Part shown: positions 38,357 through 46,415 of the stretch, one piece after another | How positions within the stretch are numbered: position 1 is the first letter of the stretch | Layout of the letters: the number at the start of each line of letters is the position of its first letter | Source of the DNA: Patescibacteria group bacterium | Lineage (GTDB): Bacteria; Patescibacteriota; Minisyncoccia; Phycocordibacterales; Phycocordibacteraceae | Assembly (NCBI GenBank): GCA_040388985.1 | Contig: JAZKAU010000003.1 | Location: forward strand, 110,896-174,895 | DNA: 64,000 nt | Direction: 5' to 3' | Program-made: the position numbers and the translations under genes | Notes under the pieces: generated by a model | What the model was told of the DNA's origin: nothing | Database searches by the model: none | Seen by the model: only the letters and a program-made list of their open reading frames with translations

Positions 38357-39262
38357 CTATCTAGAAAAGACTCTGTTGCCGACGAGAAAATTAATTATCG
38401 CGTTGTTACCCGCCAGCGTTTTCACGTATACGTCCGCATATCCGGATCCTATGACAGCAATAACGATTGCTATCAGTGCAATCGCAAGGAACAGAGCGAT
38501 GACTGGAGCATTGGACCGTCCTGAGAGACGCTCCCTCTTGAATTTAGGTTTGCGACCTTCTTTGCGCTTTTGTTGCACGGGAACTATCTTTTCAGGGGCG
38601 CTTGGCGAGCCTACGCGCCGAATAGGGATAATATCGGCTGCCTCCTCTTCGACAATCTCCTCATCAGGCTCGAGTTGCGTATCTATGCGGTGTAGCGGTA
38701 CGGCGACCTCTTCAGCGTACGAGACTTCTCTACTGTCTTCGTACCCGGTCTCTGGCGCCCCCGCTTCTTCTTCGATGTACTGAGCTACGTCTTGATTCCG
38801 ATTCTCCACAATCGGCTCTATAACGGCCGGAGTTGGTGCCGTCTGCTTCTGATCGAACCATTCCTTCCACGCTGTCTGCATGTCAGTAAGCGTGTCTTCA
38901 GGGGTTTCCGGGATATCTTCTTCCTCTATTACAGGCGTTTTAAGCTCTGGGACGAGAGCAACTGGCTCGGAGGTGTATACCGGCGGCTCCCACGTTGAAA
39001 GCGTTTCCGGAGTCGCCGTATCGCTCTGTGAGCCTACCGGAGCTGATGTTTCGCGTGCCTGCTCGACTTGCCTTACTTCTTCCGCGCCAAAACGATGTGC
39101 ACGGATGGAAGGCTCGTATACATACCAGCCACGACCCACCATCTTCGCATCGATATGACCTTCGCGGCAAAGCTGGCCGACATAATCTTTGGCATACCCA
39201 GTAATCTCTGCCGCCCGCTTAGACGAGATATACGTCTTGTCCCCTATAGTTATTTCATCCAT
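38357..39262 (-). CDS. Helix-turn-helix (HTH_17/Xis-like) protein with acidic disordered linker and C-terminal TM helix
   Basis: YISSKRAAEITGYAKDYVGQLCREGHIDAKMVGRGWYV, an E/P/T-rich linker, a basic patch, then APVIALFLAIALIAIVIAVIGSG. ATG 39262 lies 6 nt after TATACT. Confidence 0.85.
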   Translation of the reverse strand: MDEITIGDKTYISSKRAAEITGYAKDYVGQLCREGHIDAKMVGRGWYVYEPSIRAHRFGAEEVRQVEQARETSAPVGSQSDTATPETLSTWEPPVYTSEPVALVPELKTPVIEEEDIPETPEDTLTDMQTAWKEWFDQKQTAPTPAVIEPIVENRNQDVAQYIEEEAGAPETGYEDSREVSYAEEVAVPLHRIDTQLEPDEEIVEEEAADIIPIRRVGSPSAPEKIVPVQQKRKEGRKPKFKRERLSGRSNAPVIALFLAIALIAIVIAVIGSGYADVYVKTLAGNNAIINFLVGNRVFSR

Positions 39263-39322
39263 GCAGTAAGTATATACGTTTCTCGTCTCGTTTGGAGTAG
39301 GTTGTTCACACAACAAGAAGCG

Positions 39323-39359
39323 TAGTCATATATGGACTTCGTAAGTCCATATATGACTA
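39323..39359. repeat. Distant copy of the RAYT-associated REP-like palindrome
   Basis: tagtcatatatggactt-cgt-aagtccatatatgacta; shares the atatatggac...gtccatatat arms of the copies at 12.1-12.9 kb. Confidence 0.85.
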
Positions 39360-39430
39360 AACCGCTCTCATTTCTGAGGGCGGTTTCGTGCCTGCTTTCC
39401 GATCTACGTATGATTGACCTGTCTCCTAGC

Positions 39431-40858
39431 TTATTGTCGCAATGCTTCGACAATAAGCTCGCGGAGGATGGCGGGATTCCCGGCGCCTTTCATGGCCTTC
39501 ATAGACTGCCCCAGGAGGAACTGGAGGCTTGCCTCCTTCCCTGCCTTGAGCTGTGCTACCGCCTCGGGGTTCGCGGAGATGACTCCTTCTACCGCAGCTC
39601 GCAAAGCTTCGGTGTCGCTTACCTGCAGAAGACCGTGAGCCTCCGCAACGCTGCGCGCTGATCCGCCTTCGGTGTAGAGAATGACGAGCACGTCTTTCGC
39701 GCCGCGCGAAGAGAGGTCACCTGCGTGCGCCATGCGTACGAGCTCGACGAATGCCTCGCTTGTGACTTTGCCGAATATATTCTCAGCGTCCTCGCTCTTA
39801 GCGGCGAGTCCTTTGAGGTCCGAGACGAAATAATTAGAAGCGAGCGTAACGAGTTCGCGCTCTGCACCGATACCCGCAAGTACGGTGTCGAAGTAGGCAG
39901 CATCGCGCGCGTCAGCGCGTATGAGTTCTGCATCGCTCTCTTTGACGCCAAGAGATGCGTAGCGCGTGGCGCGCGCAGTCGGCAGCTCCGGAAGCGATGC
40001 TGCCAGTGCTGCGTCGCTCCACTGCGGGATCTCGCTGCGTACTATCTTAGGCAGATCAGGCTCCGGGAAATAGCGGTAGTCAGCGCTTCCCTCCTTGGTG
40101 CGCTGGCGGAAGGTCTCCTGCTTGGTCTCGTCCCAGCCACGCGTCTCTTGCTCTACGGAACCCCCCTCCTCGATGAGCTTCGTCTGACGGGCGATCTCGA
40201 ATTCGATAGCGCGTTCCACCGACCTGAATGAATTGAGGTTCTTCACTTCCACTTTCGTTCCGAAGTTCTCATCTGTAGATACGCTGATGTTCGCCTCGAT
40301 GCGCATCTCCCCTTTCTCGAGATTGGCGTGGGAGGCGCCGAGCGTGCGCAGCAGAAGCTGCAACTCGCGGGCGAAGCGACCGGCAGTCACTGAGTCATGT
40401 ATGGCAGGGTCGGTGACGAGCTCCATGAGCGGCACGCCGGCACGGTTGAAATCGACTTCGCTCGTACTCTCCGCTCCTTCGTGAGAGGAGCGCGCCGTGT
40501 CTTCTTCCAGGTGCACGCGGGTTATCGGAATGCCTGCGAGCGTGCCGCCCTGGACCAGCGGATACTCGTACTGGCTTATCTGGTATCCCTTCGGGATGTC
40601 GGGATAGAAATAGGATTTGCGGTCGAACTCGGTATAGTCGGCAAGCGTGGAGCCGAGTGCCGAACCCACCTGCAGCACCTTGTGAATCGCTTCGCGGTTG
40701 GCGGCGGGAAGCGTGCCTGGGTGCGCGAGACAGACCGGGCAGACGTTCACGTTCGGACGGGACTCCTCAGGATCGTTGAGGCAGCGGCAGAACATCTTGG
40801 TTTCGGTTGCGAGCTCAGCATGGACTTCGAGGCCGATGGTGGGGCGAAACGACGACAT
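39431..40858 (-). CDS. gatB: Asp/Glu-tRNA amidotransferase subunit B
   Basis: IGLEVHAEL, FDRKSYFYPD.PKGYQISQ, HLEED, NRAGVPLMELVT and DYRYFPEPDLP. Confidence 0.97.
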   Translation of the reverse strand: MSSFRPTIGLEVHAELATETKMFCRCLNDPEESRPNVNVCPVCLAHPGTLPAANREAIHKVLQVGSALGSTLADYTEFDRKSYFYPDIPKGYQISQYEYPLVQGGTLAGIPITRVHLEEDTARSSHEGAESTSEVDFNRAGVPLMELVTDPAIHDSVTAGRFARELQLLLRTLGASHANLEKGEMRIEANISVSTDENFGTKVEVKNLNSFRSVERAIEFEIARQTKLIEEGGSVEQETRGWDETKQETFRQRTKEGSADYRYFPEPDLPKIVRSEIPQWSDAALAASLPELPTARATRYASLGVKESDAELIRADARDAAYFDTVLAGIGAERELVTLASNYFVSDLKGLAAKSEDAENIFGKVTSEAFVELVRMAHAGDLSSRGAKDVLVILYTEGGSARSVAEAHGLLQVSDTEALRAAVEGVISANPEAVAQLKAGKEASLQFLLGQSMKAMKGAGNPAILRELIVEALRQ

Positions 40859-40905
40859 ATAGTACCTAGTAAACAGGACAGGGCGTGACAGCGCAACCGT
40901 GCATA

Positions 40906-40948
40906 GAGAAATCGGACCGGGCGCCAGAGGCGCCCGGTCCGATTTCTC
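40906..40948. repeat. Perfect 20-bp-stem hairpin after obgE (terminator or REP-like)
   Basis: gagaaatcggaccgggcgcc-aga-ggcgcccggtccgatttctc. Confidence 0.75.
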
Positions 40949-40962
40949 ACCTGTATTTCGAA

Positions 40963-41940
40963 TTATTTCCCCGCACGAAGCTCCTTCACGAGGTCGTCGG
41001 AAAAGGACTTGAGGAGGTCCTCGTCGATGATAGAGAGCGGCTGGACCGGCTTGCCGCTCGCTTCCTGGAGCTCCGTCATCTTTTTCGCGAGTTCCTCGGG
41101 AGTAAGCAAGTCCACCTTGGACAAGACGACTATCTCGCGCTTCCCTACCAGCTCCTTACCGAAGGATTCCAGCTCGGCTCGTATGGCCCTATAGCTTGCG
41201 GCAACGTCTTCTTGTTCAGCCGAGACGAGATGCGCTATAAGTACGGTGCGTTCTATGTGGCGGAGAAATTTCGAACCGAGACCTCGTCCTGTCGAGGCAC
41301 CTTCGATAAGTCCAGGAATATCGGCAACGAGATAGCCATACAAGTCGCCGAGATGCGGGTCGAGCGTCGTAAAGGGATATGCACCTACTTTTGAGCGAGC
41401 TCGGGTGAGCGCGTTTAGGAGCGATGACTTGCCCGCATTCGGGAATCCGACGAGGCCCACATCGGCGATTATCTTGAGCGTTATCCGGATATCCCCTGCC
41501 TGGCCCGCTCTGCCGGGAGTATTCTGCTCAGGATTCTGGTTCTCGGCACCCTTGAAATGAGCGTTGCCGAGACCGCCCTGACCACCCTTGAAGATGACCG
41601 TCTGCTCCCCTTCGGTGAGCACCTCGAAGGTTTCCTTGGTAGTCGCGTTCTGGATGAGCGAGCCGATAGGGACTTTGAGCACCGTATGCTTGCCGGAAGC
41701 CCCGTGCTTATTATTCCCTTCTCCCGGAAAGCCGTGCTCGGCCTTGAATTTCTTCGAGAACTGGTAGCTTGCGAGCGCTCCCAGGTCCCGAACGCCCTCG
41801 ATGACGATGTCACCGCCGCGGCCCCCGTCGCCGCCCGCAGGACCCCCATGATCCTTCCCCTTCATATGCAGCCAGCGCACGACGCCGTCGCCGCCGCGGC
41901 CCGCAGTCGCGTGAATAGTGATCTCATCGATGAATGCCAT
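40963..41940 (-). CDS. obgE: GTPase ObgE/CgtA
   Basis: Gly-rich Obg fold (AGRGGDG, GGDGGRGG), G1 GFPNAGKSS, YPFTT and DIPGLIEGA. Confidence 0.97.
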   Translation of the reverse strand: MAFIDEITIHATAGRGGDGVVRWLHMKGKDHGGPAGGDGGRGGDIVIEGVRDLGALASYQFSKKFKAEHGFPGEGNNKHGASGKHTVLKVPIGSLIQNATTKETFEVLTEGEQTVIFKGGQGGLGNAHFKGAENQNPEQNTPGRAGQAGDIRITLKIIADVGLVGFPNAGKSSLLNALTRARSKVGAYPFTTLDPHLGDLYGYLVADIPGLIEGASTGRGLGSKFLRHIERTVLIAHLVSAEQEDVAASYRAIRAELESFGKELVGKREIVVLSKVDLLTPEELAKKMTELQEASGKPVQPLSIIDEDLLKSFSDDLVKELRAGK

Positions 41941-42018
41941 ATATCAGCACCCTACCATATATAGGTAGAGTCATATAGCGCTATGGCTCGAATCCCAATT
42001 TCCCAAGACTACGGTACG

Positions 42019-42047
42019 TTGACAAGCAGGAATATACAGAGTAAAGT
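42019..42047 (+). promoter_or_regulatory. Sigma70-type promoter for rnj, implying a leader of about 140 nt
   Basis: TTGACA (42019-42024), 17 nt spacer, TAAAGT (42042-42047). Confidence 0.6.
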
Positions 42048-42195
42048 CTACTCAGCTGCCAACTCGGCCGCAACTACAGTAGCGAGATTTCGCCACTATT
42101 TATTAAGTCCGACCACTCTTGGTCCGACGCAGATACGTTAGAAGAAGCCCGATAGGTAAGGCCTCTTTTCCGTATCACTGTAATCACAGAATCTT

Positions 42196-43968
42196 ATGGT
42201 TCATCAGAATACTTCAGCACGTACGCTGAAGCCCATACATCAGCACGAGACAAATCGGCACGTAAAAGCGCCAGTAGTCTATTCGCCGTCATCTCCCGAG
42301 TCAAATACGGTACGTATCATCCCACTTGGAGGTGTTGAAGAAATCGGTCGGAATATGTGCGTAGTCGAGACTGGCGATGACATATTCATTGTTGATGCAG
42401 GTTTTCAATTCGTATCCGAAGACGAGAATCCAGGCATTGATTATCTTCTTCCAAATATTTCCTATCTCGAAGAAAACGCCGATCGTATTCGTGCAATTCT
42501 TGTTACCCATGGCCATCTCGATCATGTTGGTGCAATTCCCTATATCATGGGGCGCATCGGCAATCCTCCAATATATACCCAGCGTGTAAGTGCAGTGATC
42601 ATTAAAAGGCGCCAGGAAGAGTATCCGGAGGCGGGACCACTAACTATCGTCGAGGTTGAGAATCATTCGCGTCATGCTATTGGCAAGACACATGTGCAAT
42701 TCTTTCCCGTCACTCACTCAATTCCTGACTCAGTAGGAGTTGCTATAGAAACCGCGCATGGAAATGTCGTGTTTACCGGCGATCTGAAACTTAATCATAA
42801 TAACGGCATACCTGCGCCCCATGAGGTTGCAACGTGGTCGGCCATAGGGGCTCAGAAAAACCTTTTATTTGTCGCGGACTCAACAAACGCCGATAGCCCT
42901 GGGTTTTCCATTCCCGAACACCTGGTCCAACAGAACATTAATGAGATTATGGAGGGAATACATGGCCGCCTCATCATTGGCGTTATCTCTACACAGCTGG
43001 AGCGCATGATAAACACTATCGCCACTGCCGAACGATTGGGCAAGAGAATTGTTCCTGTTGGTAGGTCTATTCAAAACAATATCGAGATCGCTCAGAGAAC
43101 GGGATTGCTTGCGCCCAGGCCGGGTACGATTGTACAACCTCAGGATATCGCAAACTATCCATCTGATAAGATGGTCGTTCTTGCAACTGGTGCGCAAGGA
43201 GAAGAATTCGGTGCTCTGACCCGCATTGCTACTAAACAACATAAATATGTTGCGTTTACTAACCGAGATACTGTGATTCTCTCGTCCTCGGTTATTCCTG
43301 GAAATGAACTCTCAGTGCAAAGACTTAAAGATCTGCTCTGTCGTCACAACGTATCACTCATTCATTATCGTTCAAGTGATGTGCACTCAAGCGGTCACGG
43401 GAATGCTGATGAATTGGTCTGGCTGAATCAGCAAGTCAATGCAAAATTCTTCATGCCGTGTCATGGATATTACTCTAAGACCGTGGCACATGGCAAAATT
43501 GTTGAACAAGCGGGACGTGCTAAAGAAAGCATCATTATTGCTGATAATGGGATGGTTATCGATATCGTGAATGGAATGAGGCTTGATATACATTCACAGA
43601 AAGTCCCGAACGCCCCTAGTACTGTAGATGGATTTGCCGTAGGCGATCGCCAAGAGCTCGTTATTCGCGATCGCCAAGAGCTCGCAAAGGATGGGATGTT
43701 CGTAATAGCAGTGACTATCGATGGTAAAACGGGAAAACTTCGCAAATCACCTGATATTATCTCGCGAGGATTCGTATATTTGCGTGAATCGCAAACATTG
43801 CTCCAAGAATCTCGCATGCTAATTAAGAAAGTCGCTGAAGAGGCTTCTAGAGGTAGAGAAATAGACACGGATCATATTCGAGATAAGGTTGCTGATGCTG
43901 TCAGCAGGTACCTGTTCCAGAGGACCAATAAATCTCCGATTGTTACTCCAGTGGTCGTATCTGTTTAA
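42196..43968 (+). CDS. rnj: Ribonuclease J
   Basis: IIPLGGVEEIGRNM, THGHLDHVGA, HSIPD, TGAQGE, HSSGH and PDIISRGFVY. Confidence 0.93.
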   Translation: MVHQNTSARTLKPIHQHETNRHVKAPVVYSPSSPESNTVRIIPLGGVEEIGRNMCVVETGDDIFIVDAGFQFVSEDENPGIDYLLPNISYLEENADRIRAILVTHGHLDHVGAIPYIMGRIGNPPIYTQRVSAVIIKRRQEEYPEAGPLTIVEVENHSRHAIGKTHVQFFPVTHSIPDSVGVAIETAHGNVVFTGDLKLNHNNGIPAPHEVATWSAIGAQKNLLFVADSTNADSPGFSIPEHLVQQNINEIMEGIHGRLIIGVISTQLERMINTIATAERLGKRIVPVGRSIQNNIEIAQRTGLLAPRPGTIVQPQDIANYPSDKMVVLATGAQGEEFGALTRIATKQHKYVAFTNRDTVILSSSVIPGNELSVQRLKDLLCRHNVSLIHYRSSDVHSSGHGNADELVWLNQQVNAKFFMPCHGYYSKTVAHGKIVEQAGRAKESIIIADNGMVIDIVNGMRLDIHSQKVPNAPSTVDGFAVGDRQELVIRDRQELAKDGMFVIAVTIDGKTGKLRKSPDIISRGFVYLRESQTLLQESRMLIKKVAEEASRGREIDTDHIRDKVADAVSRYLFQRTNKSPIVTPVVVSV

Positions 43969-44031
43969 ACCCTGATCCACTCAGCTGGCGTATATATAGC
44001 GAAAGATGCGGATAGAAAGTTTCTCTCTAAA

Positions 44032-44499
44032 TTAACGTTGATATTCAAAGACGTCGCAAGGGTCTCCCGCCTGAGCAAGTGTTTCGCGGATTTTCTTCCA
44101 TCCGTGCGTGAGAAAGAAATCTTCCATAATGGAGTTGTCGGTACACGAAAGAATACGCTCGTCTTTCGCTTGTGCATATGTCATCAACTTGTCATACAAT
44201 TTCTGGAATATACCGCGTTCCCGGTATGGAGGAGCTACTACGACGTGCGCAAGCCATAATGCATCGTCGTCTATACCGTCGGGACTGAATCCATGACCTA
44301 TTGAGGCGAAGGCAATTAGCTTTCCATCAACAAATACCCCCACCCGATGATCAGCCCTCTCGATTTCTTCGAGCGGTGGTAGAGGATAGTCTTCACCCCA
44401 TGAGTATCGGGACACAAGGCTAGCAGCTTCCTGCAGAGCTTCCGCACTCTCTTCAAGGCTTTGTAATTTTGGCTCAACCTCTAGTGAGTAGTCCTCCAT
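44032..44499 (-). CDS. GNAT family N-acetyltransferase
   Basis: VVVAPPYRERGIFQKL acetyl-CoA-binding motif; FF..HGW. Confidence 0.8.
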   Translation of the reverse strand: MEDYSLEVEPKLQSLEESAEALQEAASLVSRYSWGEDYPLPPLEEIERADHRVGVFVDGKLIAFASIGHGFSPDGIDDDALWLAHVVVAPPYRERGIFQKLYDKLMTYAQAKDERILSCTDNSIMEDFFLTHGWKKIRETLAQAGDPCDVFEYQR

Positions 44500-44570
44500 G
44501 GGCTCATTATAGGGCAGTCTGAGGAAGGTTCCAACGTCGTCCTAGACGGCCAGCCGGCAAGATGTATGTT

Positions 44571-45692
44571 CTATATCTCCGCTTCGACGAAGCGGCGCAT
44601 CATCTGTATGAAATATCGTATCGGTAGAAGAGGAATGGCTTTATTGCGTAGGTAGCCTAGTATGCCGTCGGCCATAGTCCATCGGTCCATCCGGTCGACC
44701 ATGGTACGGAACTGATGAATGCGCTTCTCGCGCCTGCGTACAAAATTCACCAAAGCTGCCTGGATATCGCTAGTGCGCCGCAGCTCCTCGACGAGTACGA
44801 GCGCGTCTTCCATAGCCATAGAGGCGCCCATGCCGGTCACCGGAGAGACGGCGTGCTGCGCATCACCCATAAGCACGACGTTGCCTTTATGCCACACCGG
44901 CATCTTTACGTACGCGATGTCGTCCTGATATATCTGCTCAGGCGAAGGAACAGTGTCTGCAATATGTTGCGCATCTTCGCAGAAGTCCTTGAACAGTTCC
45001 TTCAGTTTCTGGTCTTCATTAGCGTTGTTGCCACGCCCTGGCGGGACTTTCGCGAAGAACGTAGCCATCGAGCTATCCGCGGAAGGGAGCGTCGCGCATA
45101 TCTTTCCGCTGCCGTAGTAGCTGGTTACGCTCTTTGCATGGGTACCTGCGGGTGCCCACCACATCCATACACGCCAACCATAGTGGTGTATGAAATCAGG
45201 TCCGAAGACCATGTCACGGACCGAAGAATGAATGCCGTCGGCACCAATAACAAGATCGAAGGATTCTCGCTTCTGGCCATTAAATTCAAGCTCTACCGCA
45301 TTACCCTTCTGCTCGATGCTCGTACAGATCGTACTGAATCTGATATCGACGTCATGCAGGAGTTCGAAGAGCCCTCTGTGCAAGTCGGCGCGCTTAATGA
45401 TTATCGGAGGGCCCAGCACCTTGAACTCCTTACCCGGCACCATCTTGAGCAGCCGCCCATCCTTATCAAACACGGTGTCCAGCTCGGGTTCGTATCCTTC
45501 TGCGGCGATCTGCTCATCGATGCCGAGCTCTCGCAAGACCTTTCTGCCCGTATTCCAAAGTCCTATCAGGTACCCTATGTTCGTGAATTCAGGCGCCTTC
45601 TCGACAAGGGTTACCTCTGCGATCTTATATTTGCGCAGTAGGGCGGCAGTGGCGCACCCTGCAATCCCGCCGCCGACTATCAAAACTTTCAT
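44571..45692 (-). CDS. FAD-dependent monooxygenase (class A aromatic hydroxylase family)
   Basis: MKVLIVGGGIAG, DLVIGADGIHSSVR and LMGDAQHAVSPVTGMGASMAMED. Confidence 0.88.
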   Translation of the reverse strand: MKVLIVGGGIAGCATAALLRKYKIAEVTLVEKAPEFTNIGYLIGLWNTGRKVLRELGIDEQIAAEGYEPELDTVFDKDGRLLKMVPGKEFKVLGPPIIIKRADLHRGLFELLHDVDIRFSTICTSIEQKGNAVELEFNGQKRESFDLVIGADGIHSSVRDMVFGPDFIHHYGWRVWMWWAPAGTHAKSVTSYYGSGKICATLPSADSSMATFFAKVPPGRGNNANEDQKLKELFKDFCEDAQHIADTVPSPEQIYQDDIAYVKMPVWHKGNVVLMGDAQHAVSPVTGMGASMAMEDALVLVEELRRTSDIQAALVNFVRRREKRIHQFRTMVDRMDRWTMADGILGYLRNKAIPLLPIRYFIQMMRRFVEAEI

Positions 45693-45753
45693 AACGTGGA
45701 GTATATCGTGGAAATCTGGATCCTCTAGATGTCTCAGCCCTGAATTGTTACCT

Positions 45754-46014
45754 TTAACTGTATAACTCACTGTGAGTACCGACTCCGGAGAACAATGCGC
45801 TGTCTTTGTCAGCCATGATATAGATAGCGCGATAATCACCGGTAATGTTTATACTCCGATGTTTCTCGTACCCGCCGTGAAGAGAGTGATTATTCAAGAT
45901 AGGATTAGAAGGATTCTCAGCGAAGATTCGTAACCTTTCCTCGACTTTCTGCTGTATCTCGTACGGCAGTTTCTGATATTGCTTTAGGAAACTCTTCCGG
46001 TAAAAAACATCCAT
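45754..46014 (-). CDS. Type II toxin, RelE/YafQ/StbE family mRNA interferase
   Basis: F.KQY.KL, LNNHSLHG, SINITGDYRAIY and GTHSELY. Confidence 0.9.
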   Translation of the reverse strand: MDVFYRKSFLKQYQKLPYEIQQKVEERLRIFAENPSNPILNNHSLHGGYEKHRSINITGDYRAIYIMADKDSALFSGVGTHSELYS

Positions 46015-46025
46015 GCAGGAACAGG

Positions 46026-46328
46026 TTACCGATGCGATCGAAGATAGGCTATAGCATCATCAACGTCTGAGAATTTAGAGGACAGATTCTTTCTCGCTGC
46101 AATATCGCGTTCGGTCTCTTTGAGAGTCTTCTGGAGACTCGCATTAGGAATTTCTGGGATGGAAAAAGTCATGGCCTGTTCCTGCACGAACTGTCGCAGA
46201 AAGCCGTTCACTACGGTACCAAGCGGCAAACCGATGCCTTCGGCAGTCTTCTGCGCCCTTGCCTTGAGCTGTTTATCGACTTTGACTGTAAGGAGTGTCT
46301 TTGTATTGATGGCAGCTTTCGTGGTCAT
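46026..46328 (-). CDS. Type II antitoxin, RelB/DinJ family
   Basis: LTVKVDKQLKARAQK.AE.IGLPL..VVN.FLRQFV...PNA; lies directly upstream of the toxin. Confidence 0.88.
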   Translation of the reverse strand: MTTKAAINTKTLLTVKVDKQLKARAQKTAEGIGLPLGTVVNGFLRQFVQEQAMTFSIPEIPNASLQKTLKETERDIAARKNLSSKFSDVDDAIAYLRSHR

Positions 46329-46333
46329 ATACC

Positions 46334-46363
46334 AAAGTATATACTTTAGTATATTGGTGTCAA
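46334..46363 (-). promoter_or_regulatory. TA promoter with overlapping operator palindrome; leaderless start
   Basis: TTGACA (46363-46358), 16 nt, TATACT (46341-46336), 7 nt, ATG. The palindrome aaagtatatacttt (46334-46347) covers the -10 box. Confidence 0.7.
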
Positions 46364-46415
46364 TATCCAATCGTGCCGAAGCAGGCTATATTCATGCCTA
46401 TTCTTATATCGGAGC

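Noticed and set aside
12888-39359. Diversity-generating retroelement or invertase shufflon acting on the fibre
   Set aside because: There is no reverse transcriptase or site-specific recombinase in the window, I saw no adenine-specific TR/VR pair, and the repeats are direct and in frame.
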